Source of the DNA: Octopus vulgaris
Taxonomy: Eukaryota
Reading direction: 5' to 3'
Assembly (NCBI GenBank): GCA_951406725.2
Contig: OX597819.1
Coordinates: 80,538,001-80,602,000, forward strand
Length of the DNA stretch: 64,000 nucleotides
Positions 26,919-40,606 of the stretch are shown here, in pieces. The notes under the pieces were generated by a model, which saw nothing but the letters and a program-made list of their open reading frames with translations, searched no databases and was not told the DNA's origin. Made by a program: the position numbers and the translations under genes. How positions within the stretch are numbered: position 1 is the stretch's first letter; each line of letters begins with the position of its first letter.

Positions 26919-27574
26919 CGTGTGTATGTATATGTGCGCGCGTGCACACGCGTGTGGGTATGTGTGTGAAACTTTAAAATCTTTAGGTGAAAGCTTAATT
27001 ACCGAAAGACAAGCCAACTGAAAGTCATATTCCTACAAAGGTATATTTGGAGAAATCTATTTTCTCAGAAAAACAAATTCGGTGAAACGTAAATTGACCG
27101 AAGATATTTGTTGAAGAAAAGGTGAAATATTCGCTAAAGTTGTGTTTTCAAAGAATTACATTAAAAAAAAATATAGACATTTATACAATTATTTACTGAT
27201 ATTATAATTAATACAAGGTCTTTATCTTCGGCTTAGGTAGTTGATTGCATCTACCATAAAATTTAAGCATCGCGTCACAAAACCGCGAGTATATTTAGAA
27301 AGATATAGACGACACAGTAATTTTTTGAGGTTGACTGCTTAAGTATCAGTAATGAATATGATTTGGTTACATATTTGTGCTAGAAATAAATATTTCTAGG
27401 GATTAATTGCAGAATAAATTTTCATGGTGATTAATTTGTAGAATATGGTACAAAATAGTCTTTACCTTTTTGGCTATTCTTGCGTCATACACTGACCTCT
27501 GTTCATACACGTATGCATCTACATACATACATACAAAACATACCTATTGCAACATAGAGAAAATGATTAACTTA

Positions 27575-27990
27575 TGAGGCGCAGGTGTGTCTGTATGGTA
27601 AGAAGCTTGCTTCCTAGCTACATCGTTTCAGATACAGTCCCAGGGCATAGCATTTTAAAAAGTGTCTTCTACTATAGCTTCGTGCCAACCAAAGCCTTGT
27701 GAGTGGATTTGGTAGGCGGAAACTGGAAGAAGCCCGTCGTATATAAGTCTATATATATATATATACCTACATGTGCGCCTCTTTCTGTCTATGATTGTCC
27801 CCCCACAGCCACTTGACAACCAGTGTTGGTGTGTTTATGTCCCCGTAGCTTAGCGGTTCAAAAGAGACCATAGAATAAGTACTTGGCTTTATAAAAATAA
27901 GTACTGACGTCGATTCGTTCGACTAAAAATTCTTTAAGGTGGTACCCCAGCATGGTCACAGTTTAATCACTGAAACATGTTAAAGATAAC
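27575..27990 (+). mobile_element. CORE-like tRNA-SINE (OK/OR-type), older copy
   Basis: GAGGCGCAGG head, GTGTCTTCTACTATAGC, family tail. Confidence 0.85.
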
Positions 27991-28004
27991 ATGTTAAACA
28001 TGGT

Positions 28005-28270
28005 AAGACGGCGAGCTGGCAGAAACGTTAGCACGCCGGGCGAAATGCTTAGCGGTATTTCGTCTGCTGTTACGTTCTGAGTTCAAATTCCGCCGAGGTC
28101 GACTTTGCCTTTCATCCTTTCGGGGTCGATTAAATAAGTACCAGTTACGCACTGGGGTCGATGTAATCGACTTAATCCTTGTGCCTCTCCTTGTTTGTCC
28201 TCTCTGTGTTTAGCCCATTGTGGATAGTAAAGAAATAGGTATTTTGTCTGCTGTTACGTTCTGAGTTCAG
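28005..28270 (+). mobile_element. Meta-domain-like SINE with the start of a second concatemer unit
   Basis: Full unit followed by GTAAAGAAATA|GGTATTTTGTCTG. Confidence 0.9.
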
Positions 28271-28994
28271 AAATTCATGACACCTGATCAATTTGGATCT
28301 GGTACTACCATGGAAAATTTCCAGAAGTCTTTGACCCAGTAGTGCTACCGATAAGTACTACCGGTTCGAGAAAAGCTCTACAGGTATGTAGGTGCCGTCA
28401 GACTTGTTAGTCTGAGATGCACTCAGAACGTCAAAACCGTTCCCACGTACTCATTCAGTGTTTGAGTGTTACTAACTTGTGCAATTATGTCGAACAGCTG
28501 CTGTTGTATGTAGGATGGACCTATCATGATGATTGCTTCACCCTCATCTTTTAACCGAGCAGTTTTCATATGTCTGCTGGTTATAGCGAATGAAGCTGAA
28601 AAGTATAAAGGTAGAGTATTTATTCTTTAGTAGAGCCCCCATTGACTTTTCAATTTCCAATTTAAAAGGAATGCCGCAGTGGAGGGAGAAGTGTTGTACT
28701 CGAGTGAGTTTATTGAAAAGTAGGTCGAAGTGACGCAATGGCATAGCAGGCTGACTCCACTCTGAATATAATCCTGTAAAGTCGGAGAGCACAAATTGGA
28801 GAAGATATTTGTTCGGTGAGATCCTGGATAGTAAAATTCTCGACTGACACCTAAAAATCTTCCTGTATCAGGAAGGTTCTTGTATTATCATTTATTTTTC
28901 AATGCTGTATATCACAGCATTAAATCAAAAGACGAAGAAGGGTGTGTAATCAACAAACAGATGTATTAGTTTAACGCTCGGGAAGTGAGAAAGT

Positions 28995-29030
28995 CTTTTA
29001 TATTTCGAGCCTACGCTCTTCGACAGAAAG
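28995..29030 (-). ncRNA. variant minimal hammerhead motif within a related short repeat (about 28945-29080)
   Basis: Minus strand reads CUUU-CUGUCGA-a-GAGC(guag)GCUC-GAAA-UA-UA-AAAG. Stem I is CUUU/AAAG. The core has A6 changed to U. Confidence 0.5.
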
Positions 29031-29340
29031 GAACACAGGAATAAACAGGGAGAGGAAATAGAAAAAGGTTTAGTGGCTATATATATTTTTTTCTCTCTAG
29101 TTTCACCTCAGAGCTGTGGTCATGCTGATGCACCGCCGTTAACATATAATTTATTTTCTTTTATATTGGTGTATTTATTAGGTTTTTCTGATTATTTGCC
29201 TCAGTATGAGTCTCCACATTTCAAGTTTATCGTTGTTGTGCCGTTCTCCTCATCCGTTGCCTTGGCAACAATTAAGGCCTTCCACCTCCTTCTCCTCATT
29301 ATCGTCATCATCATTCTACTCATTCTACTACTACTACTAC

Positions 29341-29372
<32 letters not shown>

Positions 29373-29403
29373 CTTCTTCTTCATTATTATTATTATTATC
29401 ATT

Positions 29404-29450
<47 letters not shown>

Positions 29451-29456
29451 TACTAA

Positions 29457-29680
29457 AGGGGATGAGCTGGCAGAATCGTTGGTACACAAATCGTTAGCAT
29501 GAAATGCTTAGCGGTATTTCGCTCGTCGATACGTTCTAAGTTCAAATTCCGCCGAAGTCGACTTTGCCTTTCATCCTTTTGAGAACGATAAACTAAGTAC
29601 CAATTATGTACTGGGGTCGATGTAATCGACTAGCCCCCTTCCCCCTACAAAATTTTCAAGGCCTTGTGCCTAGAGTGGAA
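29457..29680 (+). mobile_element. Meta-domain-like SINE
   Basis: Family head, core and tail motifs. Confidence 0.85.
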
Positions 29681-29741
29681 ATAACAATAATCATTATTAT
29701 TATTACTATTGTCATCTTCATCGTCATCGTCATCGTCATCG

Positions 29742-29774
<33 letters not shown>

Positions 29775-30215
29775 CTTCAGATGTCCTATTTATATTGCGT
29801 GCTTTCGCTCCACTCAGCTTTCTTTGATTCATTGTATTGTCACACATTCAGATTGTCTCTCAGTTTCTTTCTGATAACGTCAACGCTTAATATTATTGCA
29901 TGCCTTGTTCAATATAGCACTATTTATTTATATTTGTACCACACTGCATTAATTATAATGTCACTATATTAAACACGCAGGCTAGTTAAAATTCGTTAGA
30001 GAATCAGATAAAATCTGGTGAGTTATTCGGGTACAGCTCTTTTACCTTCTGAGCCCATATCTCGCCGGGGACATTTTTGCCTTTTGTCCCGCGGGGAATC
30101 GATAAAGTAAAATGTCAACGAATTATTTCAAACGATCTAATGCTTAATACTAGATATCAATAGGATTGCCTTCCTCTAGAAATTCATCTGCATGGGAAGA
30201 TTGTCTCATATACTG

Positions 30216-30265
<50 letters not shown>

Positions 30266-30359
30266 GTGTGCAAGTGTGTAAGTGTGTGCGTTGATTTAGT
30301 TTTACATCATAAATTATTAGTATATGAGACAATCTTCTCCTGCAGATGAATTTATATAT

Positions 30360-30639
30360 ATATACGATATAGTGCATATTTATACACATAAGGAATCCAC
30401 TTAGGGTGAGATTCAACACATTATAGAACCACAAAAAAACGGATAAAATTCGACAGGAATAAATTTGGAAAATGAAAAACATTTACCATCTAGTACCCCG
30501 GACCAAATTGGTTTCTGATCTTTTTCATTTCCAAATTTATTCCTGTCGAATTTTATCCGTTATTTTTGTGGTTCTATAATGTGTTGAATCTCACCCTAAG
30601 TGGATTCCTTATGTGTATAAATATGCACTATATCGTATA
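30360..30639. repeat. near-perfect ~120-bp inverted repeat with ~40-bp spacer (MITE or fold-back-like)
   Basis: TATACGATATAGTGCATATTTATACACATAAGGAATCCACTTAGGGTGAGATTCAACACATTATAGAACCACAAAAA..ACGGATAAAATTCGACAGGAATAAATTTGGAAAATGAAAAA is mirrored at 30521-30639. Confidence 0.95.
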
Positions 30640-30761
30640 ACTAATATGTAGTCTTTTTGACTAATTTTTTTGCACGTTAGACCACTGGAAATGTAAACTT
30701 TGATTGAATATATTAAATTTAATTAAATTCCATTTCCCTTTGATATGATTATATATATATA

Positions 30762-31660
30762 TTGGGTTGGCAACCAAGTTCCCGCTTTTTTTTTTAATTT
30801 TGGAATTTATTACGGTTCTAAATTTTGGCATCTATTTTTTTCGAGAATTCTATTTTGGAATCTATTTTTTTTGTTTTAGTTTTTTTTTTTCTAGTGAAAC
30901 TTAGCTAATTTTTGCTTATTTTCAGATCATTAAAATAGAATGTCAAGTTAAATAAAACGACCATTTTCGATACCTCCGTTTTGCTTTTAACCAAGGTTCT
31001 ACGGCCGCAAAAGCTACTCGTGACATAGAGAAGGTACCATAGTTGAAAGAACCGCTCGTGATTGGTCTGAATTCGATGAAGAGCGATTAAACCAACTTTT
31101 GCACGAACATTCTCGTCAAACGACAAGGGAACTGACAGAGAAATGGAATGCTCCCACACTGCTATAGAGAAGCATCTTCTCTATGGGAAAGGTTCAGAAG
31201 TATGGAGCATGATTTCTGTATGCTTTAAGTGACAACAACAAAAATTAACGAGCCACAATTTCCGCTGGTTTGCTTGCTCGTCACCTCTCAACTCATGGAC
31301 ACGATTTCTTTACCGAATCGTTACTGGCGACAGAAAATGGTGCCTGTACATCAATATGAAGCAGCGTAAAGAATAGCTTAGCCCCGGTAAACAAGCGACA
31401 CCGGGCGTGAAACAAGATCTTTAGCCGCGTAAAACGATGTTGTGCGTATGGTGGGACTGGGAAGGGATTATCCATTACGAATTGCTTGAACGGAACCAAA
31501 CCATCAATATGGAACGCTATGTTCAACAGTTGGAACGACTCAACACGGGTTTTCAAGAGAAAAGACCTAATCGGCAGCATGGAACCCTTCTGCTGCACAA
31601 CAACACCCGCCCTCATTTCGCCAATATGACCAAGGAAGCCATTCAAACGCATGGCTACTG
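30762..31660 (+). mobile_element. mariner (DD34D, mellifera-like) transposon relic, 3'-truncated, transposase pseudogene
   Basis: TA followed by TIR-like TTGGGTTGGCAACCAAG. Peptides FLYRIVTGDRKWCLY and MLCVWWDWEGIIHYELL. Stops and frameshifts are present, and no right TIR was seen. Confidence 0.9.
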
Positions 31661-32002
31661 AAAAATATTTAATATAGTCACAGATTTTAGCGTAAGAGAA
31701 GCAGAAGAGAGAAGAGGTTATTTGCTAAAGTAGTGCCTAAGTGGTAAAAAATTAAAAACTCCTAAACTGCATAAACTTGAATGCTGAAATTTAAGATATA
31801 CTACTTCTGCATTGCATTAAGTCAGCAAACCAAGTTTGGTAAAAACTTAAGTCGACATTATGAACCCCCTAGAAATTTGCATGATTTTGATAAAAAAAAG
31901 CGGTGTAAGATTTCTTCAGTTGGGGGTGAGGTTTTTTTTTTAAAATGAAAATAAAGGTTATTTTTTATATTGTTTACTTCAAAAAATCAAAAAGTCATAA
32001 CC

Positions 32003-32051
<49 letters not shown>

Positions 32052-33492
32052 TATTAGCGCCAGAAGCCGTATTAACGGAAAGCAATCTTACTTAACGTAA
32101 ATATACTAATAGACAGCTATTGTATACCTATAGTATTCGTCTTGTAAAGATAGCGCTAAACAGCACAGAAATTTCAGTAGTAGATGAAAAATGAAGAAAA
32201 AAACCAAAAGGGTGGAACCACAAGAACATGAGATTTCTGCGAATTTGCACGTTATCAGCAGCAAGTACCCACAAACTGCTACTGATACTTCTTTGCTTTT
32301 TAGCACTATACGACTATGCGGAATACTTTCTTAAACTGTATACAGCTATGTTACGGTTTAATAGTATATCCACTTTAAGTAAGATCTACGAATTGCTTTT
32401 CGATACTAATACTACTTCCGTCGCCAATAACGAGTTATTATTCAAATGAACAGTTACTTGTGACAACACTGATTGGTTAGTCACTGTTTTTCTGTACATA
32501 AGTTGAGGAAAAATTTGTCTAAGCATGCGGTAATTGTAGATACCTACTGCCAATGACTTGCAAGTACGCCGAAATCACGTGATCCCAAAATTTCACAGTC
32601 GCAGCCGGACACTTTTCGTCTGCTACTGATATTTCTGCGTTTTTTTTAACACTAAACGTATATTCGAGATGTCTTTTCAAGAGAAATGCCACAGTATTAC
32701 TGTTCCCAGTTAATATATCCACGTTAAGTAAGATACACAGAATGCTTGCTATATGTGTATGTGTGTGTGTGTTTATGTGATGTATGTAATGTATGTATAT
32801 ATATATATGTAATATGCGTGTTCGTGTAATGTTTGTTATGTGTATATATAAGTATATTTCATTGGCTGCTTATCTTGATAGTACTAATGTACTCTCATAA
32901 TATGCTGTAGTTGTAGTACAATTAGTAAACTGATTTATTCGTTAGAGTATTATTCTTTGTAATTTATTCACATCATAAACGAAAAGAAGTTATACTTCCA
33001 AGATAACTCTCTGGCCAACCCCCGTCTTAGAACAGGCGAATATGACGAACAAAGATGGCTACCATCTAGAAGACGCATTCACTGAAACTACACAGCATAA
33101 AGCATACTGGCAGCAAGCAGCAGCCATTAAGCATCAAACAACAAGCATCACTACAAGCAACCTTTATCTACATCGACAGTATGTAGTCACCTATGCTCTC
33201 TTTAATGACGTTAATCAGGACCAATTATGTAATAAAAATCTGATCACGTCAGAAATTCAACTCCTCACACCATTACCATACCTAGTTCACCATCTGCTGC
33301 TGCCAACATTAACACCAATCCTTGCAGTAAAAGTCATAAATTCTACCTAATCTCACTGATTCATCCTCCTTCATTCTCTCTTTTTCTCTCTCCCTTTTTA
33401 TCTATATCTCTCATACATTCTGTCCTTCTTTCCTCTCTTTGTATTTCGTTGTATACTTCTCTCCCGTCGCCTCTTTCTATTTTTTCATTTCC

Positions 33493-33562
<70 letters not shown>

Positions 33563-33952
33563 TCTGCTCTTTGCTTCTCTTACTTGCACCCTCTCTTATG
33601 ATTATGTTTGCTCTTTCTCCTCTTACTTTTGTCCCTCTTGTCTATCTCAAGAGTTCCTCGCTCTTCGTTCTTTCGTACTCTCTTTTGTTTTTCTGTCTTT
33701 TGCTGACTTTATGCACGTGTGTTTATTTGTTTGAGTATGTACGCGAGTGTGTATGTGTGCGTGCGTGTACACTTTGGCGTATATGGCAAATATATATATA
33801 TGTGTGCGTGTGTGTGTGTGTGCGTGCGCGCGCGCGTGTGTGTGTATGTATACATACATGTTTATGTACATGTGTATATACATGTGTACATATATTTATA
33901 TCATATATCACATATATCATACATCATATTATATATATATATATATATACAT

Positions 33953-33997
<45 letters not shown>

Positions 33998-34715
33998 CGT
34001 GTGTGTGATTCTTTTTGCATGATTTTGTGCAGATATTTGTATATGTGTATAAATATATACATACACACAAACACACGAATACGCATGCATACATACACAT
34101 ATATATATACATGTATATATACATAATGTATATATATGGTGTACATATTTATATGGCGTATAGGATGTATGTTGGCGAATAAATGTATGTTTCTCACTTT
34201 CTTTTTCACTCTTTATTTATGTCTCCTCACATACTCAAGCATACTCATGTCTACGTAAGTACACAAGCACACACAAACACACATATATCTACCATTATAT
34301 ATATTATTTAATCATACTATAATGACGCTTTTAAATGTGTCCAAAACCAAGGAACATTAGCTCTTCAGCAAAGAAGTTACATTTCTTGACACAACTTGAC
34401 ATTTGTTATATATTAGCACAATTATTCTGCTAAAACTTAAATAAGCAAACCAGTAATTTTTTTCCACCATATTAAACAGATCAGTCACAAATATACTAAC
34501 AGATAGATACACCAAAATAATGTGTCAGTGACGAAGAACGTAAGGCTACAAAATCCCAGAGTTATGGGAACAGCAAAGACAAGGAAATTTCAAAGGGAGA
34601 AGAGAAATAAGGAAGCTTGTGGAACCAGTGAGAAGATTCTTAAAAAAATGTACAAGGTGCAAGACAATGGGTGAGCCTTTACATAAACATTTGATCTGCA
34701 AGAAATAACACCAAA

Positions 34716-35312
34716 AGGCGGCGAGCTGGCAGAAACGTTATTACGCCAGGCGAAATGCTTAGCGGTATTTCGTCTGCCGTTACGTTCTGAGTTCAAATTC
34801 CGCCGAGGTCGACTTTGCCTTTCATCCTTTCGGGGTCGATAAATTAAGTACCAGTTACGCACTGGGGTCGATGTAATCGACTTAATCTGTTTGTCTGTCC
34901 TTGTTTATCTCATCTGTGTTTAGCCCCTTGTGGGTAGTAAAGAAATAGGTATTTCGTCTGTCGTTACGTTCTGAGTTCAAATTCCGCTAAGGTTGACTTT
35001 GACTTTCATCCTTTCGGGGTCGATTAAATAAGTACCAGTTACGCACTGGGGTCGATATAATCAACTTAATCCGTTTGTCTGTCCTTGTTTGTTCTCTCTG
35101 TGTTTAGCCCCTTGTGGGTAGTAAAGAAATAGGTATTTTGTCTGTCGTTACGTTCTGAGTTCAAATTTCGCCGAAGTTGACTTTGCCTTTCATCCTTTCG
35201 GGGTCGATTAAATAAGTACCAGTTACGCACTGGGGTCGATGTAATAGACTCAATCCGTTTGTCTGTCCTTGTTTGTCTCTTCTGTGTGTAGCCCCTTGTG
35301 GATAGTAAAGAC
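34716..35312 (+). mobile_element. Meta-domain-like SINE concatemer: one head plus three 184-bp units
   Basis: GGTATTT.GTCTG restarts at 34764, 34948 and 35132. Confidence 0.92.
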
Positions 35313-35741
35313 AACAGAAATAACACCAAAACATTTCTTAAACCAAACCCTGATTGTTTTAAAGAAGAAAAGATATACTGGATAATATATTGCGGTTGAA
35401 TAAAAAAAAGTGATGGTCATTATTGGAACATGTTTGATCCCTTAGTCTCCGCAATCATGACTGAATCGGGAGAAAACAACTATGATGGGGCATACTCAAC
35501 GTATCCGGTCGATCAGATGACAATACCAGCAAAATTCTCGCCACAAATTACACTCTACCTTCTTAAAAAAAGAAAGATGCGTTGGATAATATGGCTGTAA
35601 AATACACGGTTTGAATAAAAGAAAAGATGCTTACAGTGAGAGAGATTTTTGATCACACGTCTGTTCAATCAACGCCGATTGCGAGCTAAACAACAGTAAC
35701 AAGAAAAATAATGATAATAGCAGTACCAGTCAGTGGATCGC

Positions 35742-36255
35742 ATGGCTTCTAGTCCTAACTGTTTAGAAGTGTTATCATGTATATTGTTTTGTCTTAGTAT
35801 AAAAGTTGGGATACATTCTGCTCAATACCACAGATTTGTTTGTCACTTGCTTGACCTTAACCAGTTGAGCATGTCCCTTTGTGGCTGACGATATGTGCGT
35901 CTCTGATCACGGGCAGAAGTAGTGGGAAAATCACAGCCATGTATTGAGAGGAATTCTTTAGTGTTTGAATAATTCATCTTTGGAAACGTGGGTGTTCCGT
36001 TCAATATTCTTTAGCAACCTTTGTTCAAGGACATTTTGAGCGAATGGGCTGCTCAACTCGAAGAAAATTCTAACTTGGCTCCACCTGCAAGGTCATGCAC
36101 TGTTTATCTTGTTATAAGATCACCATGTCGCACACATCTGGTGGTGATGTATGTACTTGGTGTACACTTATCAGACGGGTAGTCATGATGGGTATATTTG
36201 ACTTTGTATATTTGTACCCAGTGTCACTTTGGTGGCATTCACTGCTCTCTCACTC

Positions 36256-36293
<38 letters not shown>
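35742..36293 (+). mobile_element. unclassified retroposon 3' fragment with (AAT)n tail
   Basis: Complex-sequence block ending CTCTCTCACTC(AAT)n. The class could not be determined by eye. Confidence 0.4.
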
Positions 36294-36295
<2 letters not shown>

Positions 36296-36309
36296 TGTGT
36301 ATGCTTGTA

Positions 36310-37460
36310 TGCATAGAGTGGCCAGTTTCTTTGAGCACACCTCTTTCAAGAGCTCTAACTTCTAATTCTTTCAAAGTTTTCTTTTCAGATAAATATTGTC
36401 AGATATCAGGTTGACTCAGCAAATTAAAAGGGACGCTGTAATCGTTGCTCTAAATACGCAGCTTAGTGGTACAGAAATAACTCGTCTTATGAAAGTTGTC
36501 AAAGTTCGAGAGGAGCTGAAAGTTTTGTACAAACGGATGGAAGCTTTGTACATAACTTTAATCAATAAGTTGAAGAAATAATCGATAAAAGTTCCGGAGA
36601 GTCAGTCAGAGCCATTGCAAACTACCTTAATGTTTCAGAATGCACCTTCAGAAGTTGTACATAAGTACGTTGGGTATAAGTCGTATGTGATGCGAAGGGG
36701 TAAATTTAAGTCGGATGAGACGTGAGAGTATCGTTCGATCCGCGCAATGTGCTTGTTAAACAAGTTAAAACCAAGAGGCTGGAATGTTTTGGTCTTTCTC
36801 CGGTGGGTAAAACCTTTGCTGGGGACAAAAAGGTAAACCGAAGGGACGACAGACCCGAATGTGATTCCAACGGTTATGCATTCTAAGTTCCAAGCAACTG
36901 TGTCGTCAGCAATGAGGGAGATGTCATGCTTCCTCATTTTTTTCACAGTCAATGCCACTGTCTACATAGAGGTGTTCAAGAAAGTTATGAGGCCTTGGAT
37001 AAACAGAGTACGCTACAGAAGATCGTATGTCTTCCAACAAGATTTTGTGCCATCTCATAAAGCTTGAATACGTGCCATTCTCCACGATCATGTTCTTCCA
37101 GGCACACAGCCTCCTGAGTCACCAGACCTAAATTCAATCCACTGGACTGTCATGTATGAGGCAAAGTAGAGAGAGAGAGAGAGGTCAATCAACTCACACA
37201 TAACATCATACAATCTCTCAATTGGGCATAAGATGCACTATGTCTAAAATTGATAACGATCATCTGATTCGGACAACGCTTCCGACCCCGTATTGAAGCA
37301 GCCATTGGTGCTAACAATGGTTTTATTAAATAGGCGTGACAAAAGAATTCTCAAGATTATTTGTACCAATTTTTTGTTTTCAAAAACAGTTTTTCTTCGG
37401 TGAGTTATGCGTCCTTTTCTAAATTTATACAAATGATCTCAAAAATCTGACGCACTCTAC
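36310..37460 (+). mobile_element. Tc1/mariner-superfamily (DD37D maT-like) transposon relic
   Basis: Peptides VNATVYIEVFKKVMRPWI...YVFQQDFVPSHKA and PPESPDLN. Degenerate TIRs TAGAGTGGCCAGTTTCTTTGAG and CTCAAAAATCTGACGCACTCTA. Confidence 0.8.
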
Positions 37461-37484
37461 ATGCATATATATACATACATATAT

Positions 37485-37863
37485 ATTCTTTTATTCTTTT
37501 ACTTGTTTCAATCATTTGACTGCGACCATGCTGGAGCACCGCCTTTAGTCGAGCAAATCGCCCCAGGACTTATTTTTTGTAAGCCTAGTACTTATTCTAT
37601 CGGCTGCTTCTGCCGAACCGCTAAGTTACGAGGGCCGTAAACACACTAACATTGGTTGTCAAGCGATGGAGGTGGTGCTAGGGGACAAATACATACATAT
37701 ACATGCATATATATATATAACGAGCTTTTTTCAGTTTCCGTCTACCAAATCCACTCACAAGACTTTGGTCGGCCCGAGGCTATAGTAGAAGACACTTGCA
37801 CAAGGTGCCACGCAGTGGGACTGAACCTGGAACCATGTGGTTGGTAAGCAAGCTACTTACCAC
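37485..37863 (-). mobile_element. CORE-like tRNA-SINE (OK/OR-type)
   Basis: Same family as 22822-23262. Confidence 0.88.
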
Positions 37864-38949
37864 GAGTGTTTATACGTATATATAATACTAAACTATCATT
37901 CCTGTTAACTGCCTGTATTTGTCCAGGAGCCACAACAATTATATTGAATAAATAGACATTCAGGTTCACTTCTTTGTTTTAATTTTCATTTAATTCAGTT
38001 TGTTTCATTAGAAGTGTTTACCTTTTCTCGAATGAAACACTACAAAAATTTATGTACCATATGAGCATGCGGATCGTAAATTGACCGTACGTTCTATGTT
38101 TTTCTGTATATCTGAGTGTATGCCTATAAAAATGTAAAAGCAACTGACGAAATGATGCTTAACACGCGCACATTTGGTTTACCTTGAAAAAGACTAAGAT
38201 GTCTTAACTAAAATATTTTTACCCTGTAAAAGATAAAAAGCAGAACAATCTGCCAAGATAATCATTAGCTAAAGCTTCATCAGCGGTCTGTTATGAGAGA
38301 GATTAGTAATTTTTAACTATTTACAGTATACACGCATTCGGCGTGAACTAAACAGGCTTCTCTTATCTTCATAACAATGCAAGTATTGGCAACGGCAATT
38401 TATTTAACAGGAACAGTAAGCAACGAAAAGTAGAAATCAATTATCAGCTACTGGTCATCAAATAAATCAATACTATACGTTTTATATTTCACCAGTCGGC
38501 GAGTAAATCGTCCACACCACTCTACTATCATACTCTGATATGTGAAGTCGGCGACATAATCCTTAGTACCACTCTGCTATCATGTTCTATGTGGAGTGTA
38601 CATGGATACTCAGACAGGTCAAAAATAGACAATACCACTTTTCCAGAGCGTTTGAGTTCGGCAAGAGGTCAACAGTTATCTATCAAACATAGAAATGGAG
38701 CGAATCATCATTGTAGCACTAGAGTCTAGTATTGTTAAATTTCTTGGCTATCGCTGGACCTGGACGTCTTTCTCAAAACGTATTGGCCTTACATTTCCTT
38801 TGACCCAGAGAGAGACCCGAATGAGAAAATCCTTTTCATAGGTACGTGGATCAATAAAGGGGATATAAATCATGCCTAGGATTAACATCATTTCATTTTC
38901 CCTCTGGTCCAAAATAACAGACGCCTGCTATTACTTTCCACCAAATTAA

Positions 38950-39365
38950 TGCGGCGAGCTGGCAGAAACGTTAGCACGCCGGGCGATAGGCTTAGCGGTA
39001 TTTCGTCTGTCTTTACATTCTGAGTTCAAATTCCTCCGAGGTCGACTTTGCCTTTCATCCTTTCGGGCTCGATAAATTAAGTACCAGTTGCATGCCGGGA
39101 TCGATCTAATCGACTTGCCCCCTCCCCCAAAATTTCGGGGCTTGTCCCTAGAGTAGAAAAGAATATTGATATCGTTGAAGGCGGCGAGCTGGCAGAAACG
39201 TTAACACGCCGGGCAAAATGCTTAGCGGTATTTCGTCTGCCGTTACATTCTGAGTTCAAATTCCGCCGAGGTTGACTTTGCTTTTCATCCTTTCGAGGTC
39301 GATAAATTAAGTACCAAGCCCCCTCCCCCAAAATTTCTGGCCATGTGCCTAGAGTAGAAAAGGTT
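38950..39365 (+). mobile_element. two adjacent Meta-domain-like SINEs
   Basis: Heads at about 38951 and 39179, each with the core and a GTGCC/GTCCCTAGAGTAGAAAAG tail. Confidence 0.9.
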
Positions 39366-39757
39366 ACTCCCCACCAATTTCGGAGGCCTTGAAAAATTCA
39401 AAGGACCATAAATATTGTTATCCCTTTCGGGAATAGGCAGCAAAAGTAACTCTGTTCGCAAACATAAACTAGTATACAGCTTCGATGTCCTAAATTAATT
39501 AATGTACTCAGCTAACTTTGGCACTGATATGTATATGAGATCAGGTTTACCCTCATCTTTTTATGTAGTATCATTGCATTCTCAGCAGCTAGGAGTACGT
39601 AAATCCTGATAAGTTTTTATTGGGAGCCGAAACTAGTCGATCCAATTTTTTCTTCTCGCCTCCTCTAAGCACTGGTAACTTTCATATTTCTCTCTTAAAA
39701 TATTCCATGCTGTAACTGTTATGGAACTTGACTATGATGTAACTTAGAAATGCAGGA

Positions 39758-39950
<193 letters not shown>

Positions 39951-40606
39951 TGGTGTTGTTGTTCCTGTTCTTGTTTGGTAATAGAAAACACTGGAGATGG
40001 TATTGTAGAGGGGGAGAAGGAGAAGAATGGTTTTTAAATACTGTTGATAGCGATAATGACGACGACGACGACGACGACGATGACAATGATGGTGATGATG
40101 ATGATGATGATGTTGACTATGGTGAAGCACATTAATTAAAACGTGTTTAGTTCAACAATATATAGGGGATTTCAACAGACGGCGCTCTTGTCAAATTCAA
40201 TGATTTATTTTTTTTTAAGTTTACGTCATTCTTTAGCTACGGTCTTAAATTTTTTTTTTTTTTTTAGTGTCTTTCTTTACATTGTACTGTTATTTTTGTT
40301 ATTTCTGTTCCTGCTATTGTAGTTTCCGATGGTGGCGGCGGCAGCGGTGGTGATGGTGGTGGTGGTACTATTGATGTTAGTATTGTTGTTGCTACAGGAA
40401 GTGGGTGTCAAAACTGAGAAAGCGCCCAAACAAGATACCTTGTGGTATTTTAACGGCGTCCCTTCAAGTTATGAGATCAAATCAGACTAGAATTGAGTTC
40501 TTCAATCATTCTTGAACCCATAAAATACTAAGGTCGGTTCAATCGATTCCATCCCTTCTTAAATATGAAGCCTAGTGGCACCACCATTATTAGTAGTATT
40601 ATCAAG

